Origin: Octopus bimaculoides
Lineage: Eukaryota
DNA length: 64,000 bases
Direction: 5' to 3'
NCBI RefSeq assembly: GCF_001194135.2
Contig: NC_068984.1
Location: 46,226,722 to 46,290,721, forward strand
The translations under genes and the position numbers were made by a program. Under the pieces are notes generated by a model that was given only the letters and a program-made list of their open reading frames with translations, was not told the origin of the DNA and made no database searches. Below, piece after piece: positions 39,537 to 53,306 of the stretch. The first letter of the stretch is position 1. Each line of letters opens with the position of its first letter.

Positions 39537-39727
39537 GTGTGTGTATGCATACATACATAATATATACATACAGACATAATACATATTCATAGCCGTTTCT
39601 TATACGATAAAATCGTAATATTTACTCAGATATCCCCATGAGACTAGTATTTAGTTTTCTTATCCAGCCAACGCAAGACACGCAAATGCTTATAGAATCC
39701 CAATCATTCACGCACGCGCAAAAATAC

Positions 39728-39775
<48 letters not shown>

Positions 39776-41084
39776 AAAATCCCAGTTGCTTATAGACACT
39801 TCGTGATCAAATCAATTTGTGCTAGCTAGTCTTCCTTTCCAGATGCTACTTTCCTGGGAGGTTTCTGATAGTTTTGAAAATATACTCACGTATATAGTGG
39901 CACTCACGGAAATACTCGCAACCACACGCACATCCTCATTCAAATGAAAGTTATTTCGTTAATTATGGCTTTTAGTGAACGTAAGATATGGTTATAGAAA
40001 TGTTGGACTTGTCAGCAGTAGACTATTTTCATTGAAGATCTTAACCATCTATTTTATGTAAAGATTCACATTAGAAGTATTAATTATTTCAATCTACATT
40101 TGTGATTTGAAATTTCTATCTGCAATTTCTTAACGTTAAAAGTAAGAACATCTTCACAAAGATTTCCAAGTTATAACGGAATGCATTATGCATTGTTTTT
40201 AATGTGTGTATTTTCATTTTAAAAGATTATATATATATATATAACACGAACATACGTAAAACACTAACATAGTACATTTAAACAAACAATTAAGATTTCG
40301 CTTATACATGCACGCTTGCATGCACATATGCATACATGTGTGTGTGTATGTGTGATTATATATATGTGTGTGTGTATGTGTGATTATATATATGTGTGTG
40401 TGTGTATACACACATAGACACAGACATATTGAAGGAACGCTTAAGACAGAAAAATCCCATTACTGTAGTTAGTCAAAGCACGCATCAATCTCTTATCGGG
40501 TAATCGTGCTACCGATTATAACCAAATATGTTCTGCCAAAACACTTTCCTTCTTTCTCTAAATATATGTGTGTACTTGTGTATGGATGTACGTATGTGTC
40601 TCAAACTACGCATATAAAAATAATATTGATTTCTCGCAATGGTATGAAGTTATAAATCTTTTCTAAAGAGTATTAACGCGGTTAAGTCGAATTTCGTACT
40701 TAGCTTCCAAATAATTTTAATGACCTCGGTAGTAAAAAAAATGTTGAATTGACATTAGTCAAGATTGAACTTCGTATTTAAAGTAATGTAATGAAATACT
40801 GACAATCAATTTGTCTGTTCTTGTAGGGATCCTGCTGCCAATCTGGATTTTATTATTATTTATTATAATGTTCTTTCGCTCAAGTGGAAGCGTTGTAGAA
40901 TAGGGTAAATGAATTGTATTTACTATGAGAATTCGAAACATTTCGGGTTTCAGTTTACCAGTTGTCCCTGCATACTGTGTAATTAGAAGACTAGCAGTCA
41001 AATATTTTACTTGATTTAAACGTCTACTCTTCTCTCACCCGACTTAGTATTTGTGGCCTTCTGTCGATGTTCGAAAAGAAATAT

Positions 41085-41159
41085 CCTCCTCCTCCTCCTC
41101 CTCCTCCNNNNNNNNNNNNNNNNNNNNNNNNNNNNNNNNNNNNNNNNNNNNNNNNNNNN

Positions 41160-41229
<70 letters not shown>
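41085..41229. repeat. (CCT)n - gap - (CAT)n compound microsatellite
   Basis: Direct observation. Confidence 0.9.
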
Positions 41230-41549
41230 GCTTTATTATTGCGACGTTGTAATTAGCTGCAGTTGGATACATATCTCACACTATATGTAATAGTAAGTAT
41301 GTGTTCTATTAATTCGAGAATATCGAAAAGCTATGGCTGCGATGGGTTTCAAATCCATATTATTCCAATGCAAATAATATTGATTCCTTGCATACGTACA
41401 ACACCAGAAAATTTATAGGGAGAAATCAGTTGTCGGAATTGCTGCCAATACTTGATGGTTACTTTATATCATAAAATCTGAAAAGATTACAAAATTTAGC
41501 AAAGGCTTTTTTCTTAGACACGCCACTGATTCTACCAATTCATGCACTT

Positions 41550-41735
41550 TAATATTGGACAAAAGGTCTTAAATTTGGAAGAAGCAAACGGTCAACTGAA
41601 CTGACCCATGTATACGACTGGTACTTTATTCCATTGACGACAAAATGACGAAAAGAGTAAACTGAGCATTTAGGATATAAGCCTCGAACGTATGAAAGCG
41701 AAACTAAATATCGCGTTCAAGGATCTACTGATTCT
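41550..41735 (-). mobile_element. Old, degenerate SINE copy
   Basis: GGACAAAAGGTCTTAAATTTGG...ACTGGTACTTTATT...GAACGTA is loosely colinear with the 34614 copy. Confidence 0.5.
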
Positions 41736-42593
41736 GTTAATTTGACGTCAATAATAGAGATTTCTAAAATAGCCAATGATTCTAACAGATTTCTGTTGCA
41801 GGATTTTAATCGATTTAATGGATCTTAGTTGAAGATTATCAATTTTTTTTCTCAAGAAATTAAAGTTGTATGGAAGTTTTGCTGAGACTCACAGTCATTT
41901 GACCAGACATATCCTTCAGACAAAATTGCACAAATTGATTTGTTTCGAGCAATATTTTGTTTTTCAGGGGTAGGCTTTCATATGTGTTTGTTATGCATTA
42001 TTTAGTAAGACAATATGACAACTATTCCCGAAACAATCTATTCATGTCCGGTGTTATTTTACAATGACCAGTAACCATAAGACATCTCCTTCTCACCTAC
42101 TTCAATCTACTCTAAGTTCATCTCTACTGTCTGTGTAACGCATCTGTTTATCACTATCTCGAATTTCGAGTTTTAATCAACACGTTGATCCGGTACTAGT
42201 AAACCGAGACACATTGGACAGATACAGATATCGATATCAATATATTTATGCATGACTATATCGAAAATATATGATTACATATATACATACATAAGGTAAA
42301 GTCTTGAACTCGAATTCAAATTAAATGCAAGTCTAAGCGTGTGTTTGTACACACACACACATATACACACACAAAAACACACACGTATATATATATGGAG
42401 AGAGAGAGAAACGGAGAGAGAGAGAAACGGAGAGAGAGGGAGAAACAGAGAGACAGAGGGGAAAAAAGAGATGCATACATAGATAAGCAGATAGAAGACA
42501 AAGAAATAGATACTGATATATATTATGTATGTATCATATATACACGCACCGCCCCCTCACACACGCACACACACGCTCGCGCAAGTGCACGGA

Positions 42594-42719
42594 AGCACAC
42601 ACACACACACACATACACAAACACACACACACACACACATACACATGATTACATGATTGTATTTAGAAATGAAAAGCTACATACATATACATACAGAAAA
42701 ATACACGCACACACGCACG

Positions 42720-42751
<32 letters not shown>

Positions 42752-42773
42752 TACGCACGCACACACACACACA

Positions 42774-42817
<44 letters not shown>

Positions 42818-42826
42818 CACACACAT
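42594..42826. repeat. (CA)n/(CGCA)n microsatellite complex
   Basis: Direct observation of largely alternating purine-pyrimidine tracts. Confidence 0.9.
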
Positions 42827-43210
42827 ATATACAATATATTATATACATATTATATATATATATGTGTATGTGCATCGAACACTGAGAATGGGTGCTGAAA
42901 ACTATATTGGTCGCAAAATATTCCTTATTCGTGAGTTAACAAGGCTAACATTATTTTCACGCCGAGAGATTTCGCAGCAATTATCAAGCCTGCCACATGG
43001 GACGCTAGAACTTCCCTTCATCTTGGATGAACTACCCGATACATGTGTTACACGATGCTGTACGGGATTTGGGGATAACAAAGTAACGAAATATACGGAT
43101 CATTAGCGAAGGGGTATGTAGAACATGAATGTCTATGTGGTCTGATAGCCGAGTCCAGTAGACTAGCTTTCTGTGATAATCATACGATTCTCTGCTACAA
43201 ATTTTATATG

Positions 43211-43327
<117 letters not shown>

Positions 43328-43337
43328 AACACTATGT

Positions 43338-43554
43338 GCCAACATAATGTGGCAGTCCTGGTTAGGACGATTGTTACTGTTATTTAGCTTCAGGAAACGA
43401 CAACTTCAGCTGGCTATCCAACACACTATCTGCATCCTTATATTTTCGAACAAGGACGCAGATATGTGTGTCGTATAGCCTGCTGGAGACGATGTTTCCT
43501 GGGGCTAGATAAGTGTAACAGTCGTCCTAACTAGGACTACCACATTATGTTGGC
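43338..43554. mobile_element. 217-bp foldback (palindromic MITE-like) element
   Basis: The outer 40 bp of the arms match at 37/40 in reverse complement, all differences being transitions. Pairing continues inward to a very short central spacer at about 43441-43455. Confidence 0.8.
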
Positions 43555-43809
43555 GACTAATTTTTACTCTCGAGTACTGTACTGAATGTTTCTCCTTCAG
43601 AGAATTAGAAATAATAATTTCCTATTTATTAGATGAGTGACTGTGTCTGTCATTTTTCAACAGCATACATTTCGAACAAGAGAGTTAGTGACGCCATCTC
43701 TAGCCGAGCAATTATTCGGTACTAATGAAGAGCAATAACCCAGAAACCATAAGCACGCAGATATTGCTTTGAGCTGAGTGGGGATGCTAAACTCCCTTGT
43801 TCGAGAATA

Positions 43810-43959
43810 AAAGGACATAGTGTGTCGTATAGCCAGCTTGAGACGATGTTTCCTGAGACTAAATAACAGTAGCAGTCTTTCTAACCAGGACTGACACAAT
43901 CTTTACTCTAGAGCACTGTTACTGAATGTTCCTCTTTCAGAGATTTAGAAATAATAATT
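43810..43959. repeat. Second copy of the foldback right arm plus a shared tail of about 58 bp
   Basis: GTGTGTCGTATAGCC...GATGTTTCCTG...CTAACCAGGACTG, then TTTACTCTAGAGCACTGTTACTGAATGTT...TTAGAAATAATAATT. The tail parallels 43563-43619. Confidence 0.85.
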
Positions 43960-44131
43960 ATACATATATATANNNNNNNNNNNNNNNNNNNNNNNNNNNN
44001 NNNNNNNNNNNNNNNNNNNNNNNNNNNNNNNNNNNNNNNNNNNNNNNNNNNNNNNNNNNNNNNNNNNNNNNNNNNNNNNNNNNNATATATAATAGAATGT
44101 ACCATGCTCGCTTTTTCATATTTCTCTTAAG

Positions 44132-44235
44132 GTACCTACGTAGTCATATGCAGACATAGGCGCCACATTACTTCCTCCAACCTTCACAAGAAAAACATAC
44201 AGGATATGACGAATGTTGGGCGAGGTTCCAACAAG
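44132..44235 (+). CDS. Candidate internal exon (TYVVICRHRRHITSSNLHKKNIQDMTNVGRGSNK), no recognised homology
   Basis: Strong acceptor gctttttcatatttctcttaag|G and donor AAG|gtaaat. One open frame (phase 1 to 0) and local GC above the flanks. Confidence 0.3.
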
Positions 44236-44381
44236 GTAAATACTTTCTTTATCGACCTCTAAATGATTAATGGCAAATTTGAACAGGAGAATGCATTGAA
44301 TCAGAAGAAATATCACAACGCATTTTATCTGAAACTCTAATGACACTGCGGATCGATTTACTGATATGTATATGCATTATG

Positions 44382-44418
<37 letters not shown>

Positions 44419-44504
44419 GTACACATGCACACAAATTACCCATATAATTTGATTATAACTTTTTTCTGTTTTTTCCTGAATACTATTTTCTTTATTGTAC
44501 GTAA

Positions 44505-44548
<44 letters not shown>

Positions 44549-44558
44549 NNNNNNNNNN

Positions 44559-44598
<40 letters not shown>

Positions 44599-44669
44599 CG
44601 TGAGTGTTTATATGTATGTATACATATATATACATGCATACACACACGTATATTAATATGTACACGCAC

Positions 44670-44762
<93 letters not shown>

Positions 44763-46700
44763 CATGTGTACTCCATCGTATATACACTAATTATATACTG
44801 ATAGTTTATTCCAATATATGCTTACAGCAGGCTCAGTCGTCATATGTTGCTAGAAACATAAAAAAGGAGGCGAGAGAGAGACAGAGAGAAAGAGAAAGAA
44901 AGAAAGAGAAAGAAACATAAAGAGATAGAGCAAGAACGATAAATTGAGATAGTACAGAAAAAGAAAGACGTAAAGAGAAAGATTAGATATGTACACGACT
45001 ATTATTTTAAGACACTTCACAAATCAATAATTAAATTTCATCAGCAGACAGTAAAGAGCGAGATGGAAAATATCCTATAGCTAATATACCCTGATTGTAA
45101 AGTCTTGTCTGAAAGATCTCATCATTGTTCCCTTCGTTATATTGCCGAAAGTCGTTGGTTCAACCTTGAAATGTTGTAATTTTTACAAAACTTAAATAAT
45201 ACACGATATACTGATGACGTGAATTCATGAAATTCTAGACATTAATAGCAGAAATACAGGATAAATAGTTATAGAATTGCGTAAATGGATCTCCGTCAGT
45301 TTTGACGGTGAGTATGTAGTTGTTCGATGAACAGAACTACATGTTCAATGAAACTGTACGTAATGTTGGAGTTCTTTCACGCCAAGTGAATTATTAACAT
45401 AATCTTCAGACCAATTCAATGAAAGCGACTGTATGACAAGACCGGATGTTTTATATACAGGTGCTGTCTGTTCCACACATTTTCCGCCTACTCATTTTTT
45501 CTCACAAGGCTTGGATAAAAGCAGAACTGTGGTAAATGACCCAAATCCAAGATGTAAGGCAGGAGAATCTTGGTCATATGCTTGTTGCCATAGTGATGTG
45601 GTGATATATATTTTATGAGGCCACATAATTGCGACGCAATCTTCTTAATCATTCAGACACACGTGCGCGCACACGCACGCACACACACAACGAATCTTTA
45701 TAATTAATAATTTCAGTTAATTCCTCTCTCTTTTCATAATTATCCATTAATTTGAGATAACAATTATTTTGAAATAACAATTTACCTTAATTAAAATTTA
45801 TTTTATAAATATAAATGAAGCAGTAACGAAATAAATATTTTTTTTATAATTAGTGCAAAGCCAAGAATATGGCTGTTGTAACGCAGTGCATTCAAGCCAC
45901 TATAAGCAGGCTTATAGAATAATGAAAGTGAATCCAATACGGGTAAGACGTATAAGTCTCAAAATTTTCAGGTGTATGCGTTAGCACCGAAAGACATTTG
46001 TGTGTCTATCGACTTATCAGAAATAGGAACCGAATTCTTCTGAAATCAAATCCTATATTCTTAAAAATAAACGGGGAATGCAGTGAACAGTGCAGTCTTT
46101 GATAAACAACAAAGTGGGTTTGTGATACTTAGACTACGGGACATTTTACTCAAAATTGCATGAAGCTAACTACTGTCAACAACTGATAGATTAGCAACCG
46201 AGAATTACATAAACCAGTGATTGATTTGAGGAAATCTGACTGATATTTCTTGTAAATCCAGTGGCCACTTAAAAGTTTGCTACTAGCTTGAGTTTATTGA
46301 GAGTTACAAACATTCTAGCAAAAAATGATCAGTTAACGTATTTACTGTGAGTATCGGAAGGAAGCGTAACATATAGACCTACCTGTTCAATGAAATAGCA
46401 TGTAGTGTTTGACTTCTTTGATTTCAAAACAGACACTCCTATGGACTTCATTGAAGCAGTAAGCAGATTGCAAGCTCAATTCGTCCGATGGTGTTGAGCG
46501 GTAGATTCGACTAAGTCGTTCAAGTAGCGTATCATTGAATGTTTGCTTATTCGTCGGAAAAGTGTTCTTTCAAAAGAATTCTATTTTGTTATGCATAGAC
46601 GACATGGAAGGTAGTTACGATATCTCCCTACAAAAGTGGAAAGTATTCGAACCATTTAGTGTCTAATTCTTCTTCATTATTATAGTGAAGTAAAAGTAAT

Positions 46701-46887
46701 GAGCTGGAAGAACCATGAACGCGCTGGGCAATACTGTTAGCCGCAGTTAATCTGTTTTTACCATCTGAGTTCAAATTCCACCGAGGTCGAATTCGCCTTA
46801 CATAATTTCTGGGTCAATAAAAGATGTGATCTACGTAACTCCTTCCCCTAAAATTGCTGGTCTTGTGCTAAAATTTGAAACTATTAT
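46701..46887 (+). mobile_element. tRNA-derived SINE (variant subfamily)
   Basis: GAGCTGGAAGAACC head, CTGAGTTCAAATTCCACCGAGGTCGA, and 3' AAATTGCTGGTCTTGTGCTAAAATTTGAAACTATTAT. Confidence 0.8.
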
Positions 46888-47926
46888 ATATTACATATGT
46901 ATTGTGTGTGTGTTATTATTGAAAACCCGGACCAACTTTGATAACAGAAAAATTATCAAAATATGTCCAAGCGTGCACGTCTCAACATATTTTTTTATTA
47001 ATACGAACAGCAACATTACTCAGCGACACTTGCTTTGTTCTTTTTTTAACTCGAATTCAGAATATTTCTATCAGACTTAAGACCAACGTATATTTCTTTG
47101 CAAGAACTGGTATTACACTTGCTCCTTTTTAAGACGCAATTTGTATAAGACAATGCTTCTTGATTTGAGCATCATTTGGCTGCTATTAAAAGCACCTTAA
47201 CCAACAACACGGAGGCCGGATGATTGGTTCAATGTGATGTGGATGATGAAATATCTCAAATACGCTAAAAATAAAAATTGATTCTCTCTCAAATAAAACC
47301 TCAGTAACAGATTAGGATGGAGATAACTGCACCAAACCTGTCCTATTGGTTGTATTATACGTTTCAATGAAAAAAAAAATAGTATCGATAAAGAAGCAGG
47401 TTTTGAATTGGTAACTTTGATTGAAAGAACAAGATATTAAGATGCTTACGTATAAACTGACGTTATATTCTTTTAACCATCTTCTACTTCTTAGTTTATG
47501 TAGGGGTGTTTGTTTAAGCATATGTGTGTGAATATGTATCACTGTGTAAGTGATCGTGTGTATGTATATATGTGTGACTGTGTGAGTGATTTTGTGTGTA
47601 TGTGCGCGCGCGCGTATGTAGGGGAGACAGAGTGCGATGAATGTATTTATAGAAACCATACTGTTAAATCAATAACAATGTTGCACGTTGATAACCTGTT
47701 GGATTAATTTCCACTCGGATATCGGACCGGTGAGCGTCCACATATTTGCATGCAGACATACATACATACATACATACATACATACATACATACATGCATA
47801 CATGCATACATATACAGACACAGTAATTCACAATAAGGCCCGAAGGACTTTTACAAATAATTACACAGACACATACAGGCACACACACACACAGGCACGC
47901 GCGCACACACACACACACATATATAC

Positions 47927-48028
<102 letters not shown>

Positions 48029-48082
48029 ACAAACAGACAGGCAGAAAACAAACAGGAATGGTGTAATAGTATATTGTATGAT

Positions 48083-48150
48083 TTCCGTATAGCAAATTCC
48101 ACTCGCAAGGTATGGGTTAACTGAAGGGTATAATAGAAGACACTTGCCTA
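48083..48150 (-). mobile_element. CORE-type SINE fragment
   Basis: TTTCCGTATAGCAAATTCCACTCGCAAGG...TAGAAGACACTTGCC parallels 25456-25520. Confidence 0.6.
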
Positions 48151-48852
48151 GTGTATGCTTACGTCTGTGTGTACGTGTGTGTGTATGTCTGTGTATGAAA
48201 GAGAGAGAGAGAGAGTGAGTGAAAGAGATTGCGTACGTATTTGCGCGTAAGCGTACTTGTGCGTAGATATAACCTAACAATTGTTTTCTTTTAATATTTG
48301 TTTCCTTACAATAAATACAGGTCCGAATAATACTGACGTATACCCAATGCAGCACTGGCTTTTGATGTTGTTATGTGGGAAGCACCGTTGAAAGGGAGAT
48401 ATGTGGGAGGTGTTAAGAGTTAGATGGAGATTAAGACTGAATGACAAGACAAGAGATAAATAACACAAATAAAGAAAAAAAAAAAAGAGAAGGCAAACAT
48501 TATGGAAAACTGTATATAATAAACGAAGAGTGAAATGAGGGCAGATGTGAAACCGGAAAAAAAAATAATAAAATAAAAAAGGAGTAAAGAACAAATGTAA
48601 AGTTAAGACGAATTGAAAGGGAACAACTCGCTTTCTGATCGATATAACGATTACACTTATACGCATCTATCGTCTGCTTTAATCATTCATTCACTCGGAT
48701 TACACGTGGGATGTTATTACACGCATATAGTGTGCTACTAATCTGGAAACGATGTAACAAGAGAAAACAGCATTTAAAGCAATGATGATAATAATAATGT
48801 TAATGATAATAATAACAAAGATACTAATAATAATACTAGTGCTAATAATAAT

Positions 48853-49071
48853 GATCCTTTGTACTTTAGACAGGCACAAGGCCTGAAATTTTGGGGGAAA
48901 GGACAAGTCGATTACATCGACACCAGTGTTTCACTGGTACTTGATTTATAGACTCCGAGAGGATGAAAGGCAAAGTCGACATCTGCAGAATTTGAACTCA
49001 GAGCGTAAAGACAGCCAAACTGCCGCTGAAAATTTCATCCGGCGTGCTAAACAATTCGGCCAACTTGCCGC
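48853..49071 (-). mobile_element. tRNA-derived SINE with an (ATT)n-type tail
   Basis: Colinear with the 995-1196 and 34614 copies. The AAT-rich tract immediately to its left lies at the element's 3' end. Confidence 0.9.
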
Positions 49072-49084
49072 GTTAATGATACCA

Positions 49085-49145
49085 ATAATAATAATGATAG
49101 CAATATTAATAATGATAGCAATAATAATAATGATAATAATAATAA

Positions 49146-49181
<36 letters not shown>

Positions 49182-49200
49182 GAGTAGTAGTAGTAGTAGT
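49085..49200. repeat. (ATA)n/(GTA)n microsatellite between two SINEs
   Basis: Direct observation. Lies at the 3' tail of the 49205-49412 SINE. Confidence 0.9.
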
Positions 49201-49204
49201 TGTT

Positions 49205-49412
49205 GTTTCTAATTTAGGCACAAGGTCAGCAGTTATGAAGGGAAACGGCTTAGTTGAAATAATCGTCCCTAGTTTTGACAGTTACCTTATTTTATCGACT
49301 CCTGAAACGATGGAAGACTAACTCGGCTTGTGTGACATTTGAACTCTGAATAAAAAATTCGGCAGAAATATCGCTTGGTATGTTGTACGAAGCTCTAATG
49401 ATTCAGCAAGGT
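49205..49412 (-). mobile_element. Older tRNA-derived SINE copy
   Basis: TTTCTAATTTAGGCACAAGG...TTTTATCGACTCCTGAAACGATG...ATTTGAACTCTGAA. Confidence 0.7.
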
Positions 49413-49699
49413 GCTGAAAAGGGTACAAAGGTGAAGAAGGATTTACGAGGAGCTAAAGAATATGAGAATATACAATATATAACGAAAATAGCTTATAACA
49501 TAAAATCAGTAAGAGAAATACTGACTCCAAAAGGTGGTGGGGTGAACCACAAAGGTTGATCCGGCAGATCGCAGTCACAGATCTTGATTATCCTCACATA
49601 TCACAGATAATAGTCTTCCTCTAATACTTTGCGCCAATTACAACTGCGCATAACCAATGCAGGTCATTTAATAGTCGTATCGGCTCCATCTTCGACTGC

Positions 49700-50010
49700 C
49701 ATCACAAGTTGTACTGTAAAGCTCAGCCTGTGAAGGAAAAGCTTTCTCGTCAGACTTTCCGCCCCGCCAACTGTACAACTATATTGGCTACAGCGATGCA
49801 CGGAAGGAAGCCTACAAGCTTTCCTTCACCAAGGAAGTGACGGGTCAAAATTCTCGATTGATTTATCTGATAGTCGGAAAAATCTGTTAACTGCTGTTCC
49901 ACATAACATTCCGAATCAGCAATGCGCGGGAACAACTCAAACGCTTTCATGAAGGTAGAGACTTTCTCGAACAAAGATCTCCAGTAACACTGCTTGTACA
50001 ACGACTTTTG
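49700..50010 (-). mobile_element. Decayed L1/Tx1-like LINE ORF2 C-terminal fragment
   Basis: GC-richer block. The minus frame QCYWRSLFEKV...PRIADSECYVEQQL...GEGKLVGFLPCIAVANIVV resembles my recollection of post-RT (zf-RVT region) Tx1 sequences. The cysteine motif is not intact. Confidence 0.35.
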
Positions 50011-53000
50011 AAAAATTTCTGTTATCTCCAGATGTGACCACTCAAATAGTTCCCACTGACTGTGATTCGCAAGAGAGGCTTAGATATAGATCTCAGTACC
50101 GAAGATTTGTGAGAAGACAGATCCTAGGTAGCTAAATTTCGTATGAAAATACAAATTTGAAGCTAACATCGGTGAAGTTGTAAGTCCTGTGCTATAGAGC
50201 TAACATTGGGGAACAGATAGGCTTAGGGTGAGGGTCTTGCAGTAGCTGATATCATTAAAGAAACATCGTCTGTGTAGCTCACAATTTTTACACTGTCGAT
50301 ATGAAATATAATTAGTTGTTACAGCTGTTTTATCAAAACTCTGATTTAGGCGATCATTTTCAAAAGACAATCCAATCATGAAATCCCTTGCAGGTTAAAA
50401 GTTTCTAGTAAGCTGAATGACCACATAGAGCCTCACTTATACGCTCATGTCAATTTTGTTTTCAATTATTTAATGCGGCAGAATTTCAAAGCAAGCTAAA
50501 TTGTAATTTTGTGGCGACGAAAAGAGATATTATTCAATGAGTCATATTATTTTATCGGTTAACAATAACTTAACGATTGTTTTCATTTCATGCGGACAGC
50601 GTCTGAATTATTTATTAAGTAAATTCAGGCCAAAAACACATGTAATAGCACGCGAACTCGTTTACTATGGATTTGTGATACGCAGTAAGCACACCAACGC
50701 TTTTAAAATTAGTCTGTGGTTCATGTCTGACAATACTTTTGTTTCACTTCTCGTACAGTCACATACATGCACACTCTCTGTCTCTTCTCTTTCTACCCTA
50801 GTTCGTCTGTTTGCCTGTTTATGTATTTCGTTACATACATTCACACACGCACACACAGAGGCACATATATACATATATATATACATATATACATGTATAT
50901 ATATANNNNNNNNNNNNNNNNNNNNNNNNNNNNNNNNNNNNNNNNNNNNNNNNNNNNNNNNNNNNNNNNNNNNNNNNNNNNNNNNNNNNNNNNNNNNNNN
51001 NNNNNNNNNNNNNNNNNNNNNNNNNNNNNNNNNNNNNNNNNNNNNNNNNNNNNNNNNNNNNNNNNNNNNNNNNNNNNNNNNNNNNNNNNNNNNNNNNNNN
51101 NNNNNNNNNNNNNNNNNNNNNNNATATATATATATATATATATACACGTCTATGTATGTGTGTATGTATGTAGAATCACATATAAGCATGTTGGATGGTG
51201 TATGCATAAGATGTAACATTGTAAGACATTTAAGAGAACCAATTTAGGTCATGTATAAATTGTTACTCTCTCACATACACATAAAACGCAAGCATACATA
51301 CATAAGTACATACATGCGTACGCACGTACGTGCATATACTTGGTGCTGAGATACATACATACATACATACATACACACGCACGTATGTGCATATATTTGG
51401 TGCTGCGAGCAAATGTCTAACTGACGATTTGGATAAGATTTATTTTCAGGAAAAGAAATCAACCAGCTACCTCACACATTTCAAATACCATCACATCAGT
51501 AACTGGAACAGTAAAAATATCCAAGACTTTTCTCAAGTTAGAAATGTAATATTGTTTTTGTTATCGACATTCCAACGATAAAGCTTCGTATCTGTATTAG
51601 AAACTAGCCCCTTCTTCAGGGGAAGAATTTAAATAATTAAAAACAAAAGAGATTATANNNNNNNNNNNNNNNNNNNNNNNNNNNNNNNNNNNNNNNNNNN
51701 NNNNNNNNNNNNNNNNNNNNNNNNNNNNNNNNNNNNNNNNNNNNNNNNNNNNNNNNNNNNNNNNNNNNNNNNNNNNNNNNNNNNNNNNNNNNNNNNNNNN
51801 NNNNNNNNNNNNNNATATATATATATATATATAAATAGTCATTTCACTCCTTTGAGTTTCACGTACGGAATCACAGAATCTTCAGGGATGTTCTGACAGT
51901 CATATCTTACCTGAAGACTGTATGCACTTGCTGGTGAAAGGCAAATTAACAAGAGACTGCCTCGACTTAAATAGAATATATATTAATCTCTAAATGTTGA
52001 GTACTCTGTCTTTCAATAATTAGCACTAAACGTATGCCCTCTCTCTTTCTTCCTCTCTCTCTCTCACGCGCACATGCACAAACCCAACCATATATATATA
52101 GAGAGAGGGAGAGAGAACAAGTAGACTGAGAATCTACATTTTGCATCCGTATGCGTATATGTCTCCTTGCGTATGATTAGGTATTCTCTCAAGTCATCTC
52201 GATAGATACTCACAGCAATAGCTGAGGTTAGTTTGTGCATATGTGTCTCAGTGGATGTAACAGATTGTATGTGTGTGTATTAGTGTGAATGTATCCGTCT
52301 CATGTATCCCTTCTGTATTTGTGTACGTATCTAAGCATGTGCATGTATGCTTGAGTATGCGTCACTTATTCCCGTGTATGGATATATCTTGTGGTATTAA
52401 ATAAATCCCACAAAGTTCGTGTATGTTATTTTGAATGTTTTCAAAAATATTCATACGCGTGTTTGTAAGTGTGTACATGTGCGTATGTTCAATATAGTTG
52501 CATGTATATTTTAATGTATTATGTACAGGCTTTCGTTAAATACGTGTGTACTGTTTACCCTGTGTGTATATGCATGTTTTTTTCAGTATGTATATGCGGA
52601 TGTTTTTCAATGTCTGTATGTGTATCATTGTCTATGAGTATATTTGTATGGGTTTTTTTTCAGTATCTGTGCATAGTATTCAATATATGTTTGTGTATAA
52701 ACCCGGTTCTGTCTAATGAGTCATCAAAATGTTCATGTACAAGCTCGTACCTTAAATCAATAGGTTCTCTTCTTACACACACATATACACTCATATATTA
52801 CACATGCCAACAAAAACGAGAGGAATTGACACATATAAGTATATATAAATTCATACATACGTGCTCATAATTACGATCTTTAAATACAAATCGACACAGA
52901 TACATATACGTATACACACACAAATTACCCTCCAATCAGAATACAAAATCCATAGGAGACTGATGAATTCCCGCTCACATACACCACACACGCATACATC

Positions 53001-53275
53001 CACATACATGCATACACACAACGTTTAATCACACACACACACACACACACACACATACTCGAATGCACTAATATGAATTTATTCATCCACAAAATAAAAG
53101 TCAATTCCACATATTTACACACAAATACACACACGCAAGCGTCCTTTTCTCGATGTCTACTCAATACACCTCATCTGATGTTCTGAACATTCTCATATTC
53201 CATAGTCGGTTGTATCTCTAATGGTATTTATGCTGTTGTTGATGGTATTGCTGTTGCTGTTACTGTTGTTGATGT

Positions 53276-53306
<31 letters not shown>

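Noticed and set aside
40827-40904. 78-nt segment with AG/GT ends encoding ILLPIWILLLFIIMF in one frame
   Set aside because: The hydrophobicity comes from a TTA/ATT simple repeat, that frame contains a stop, and the other open frame is unrecognisable.
45211-45245. CTGATGA...GAAA hammerhead-like string
   Set aside because: Stem II has no closing pair, and stems I and III cannot form.
51319-51405. 29-bp unit duplicated within (TACA)n
   Set aside because: Ordinary slippage duplication inside a microsatellite.
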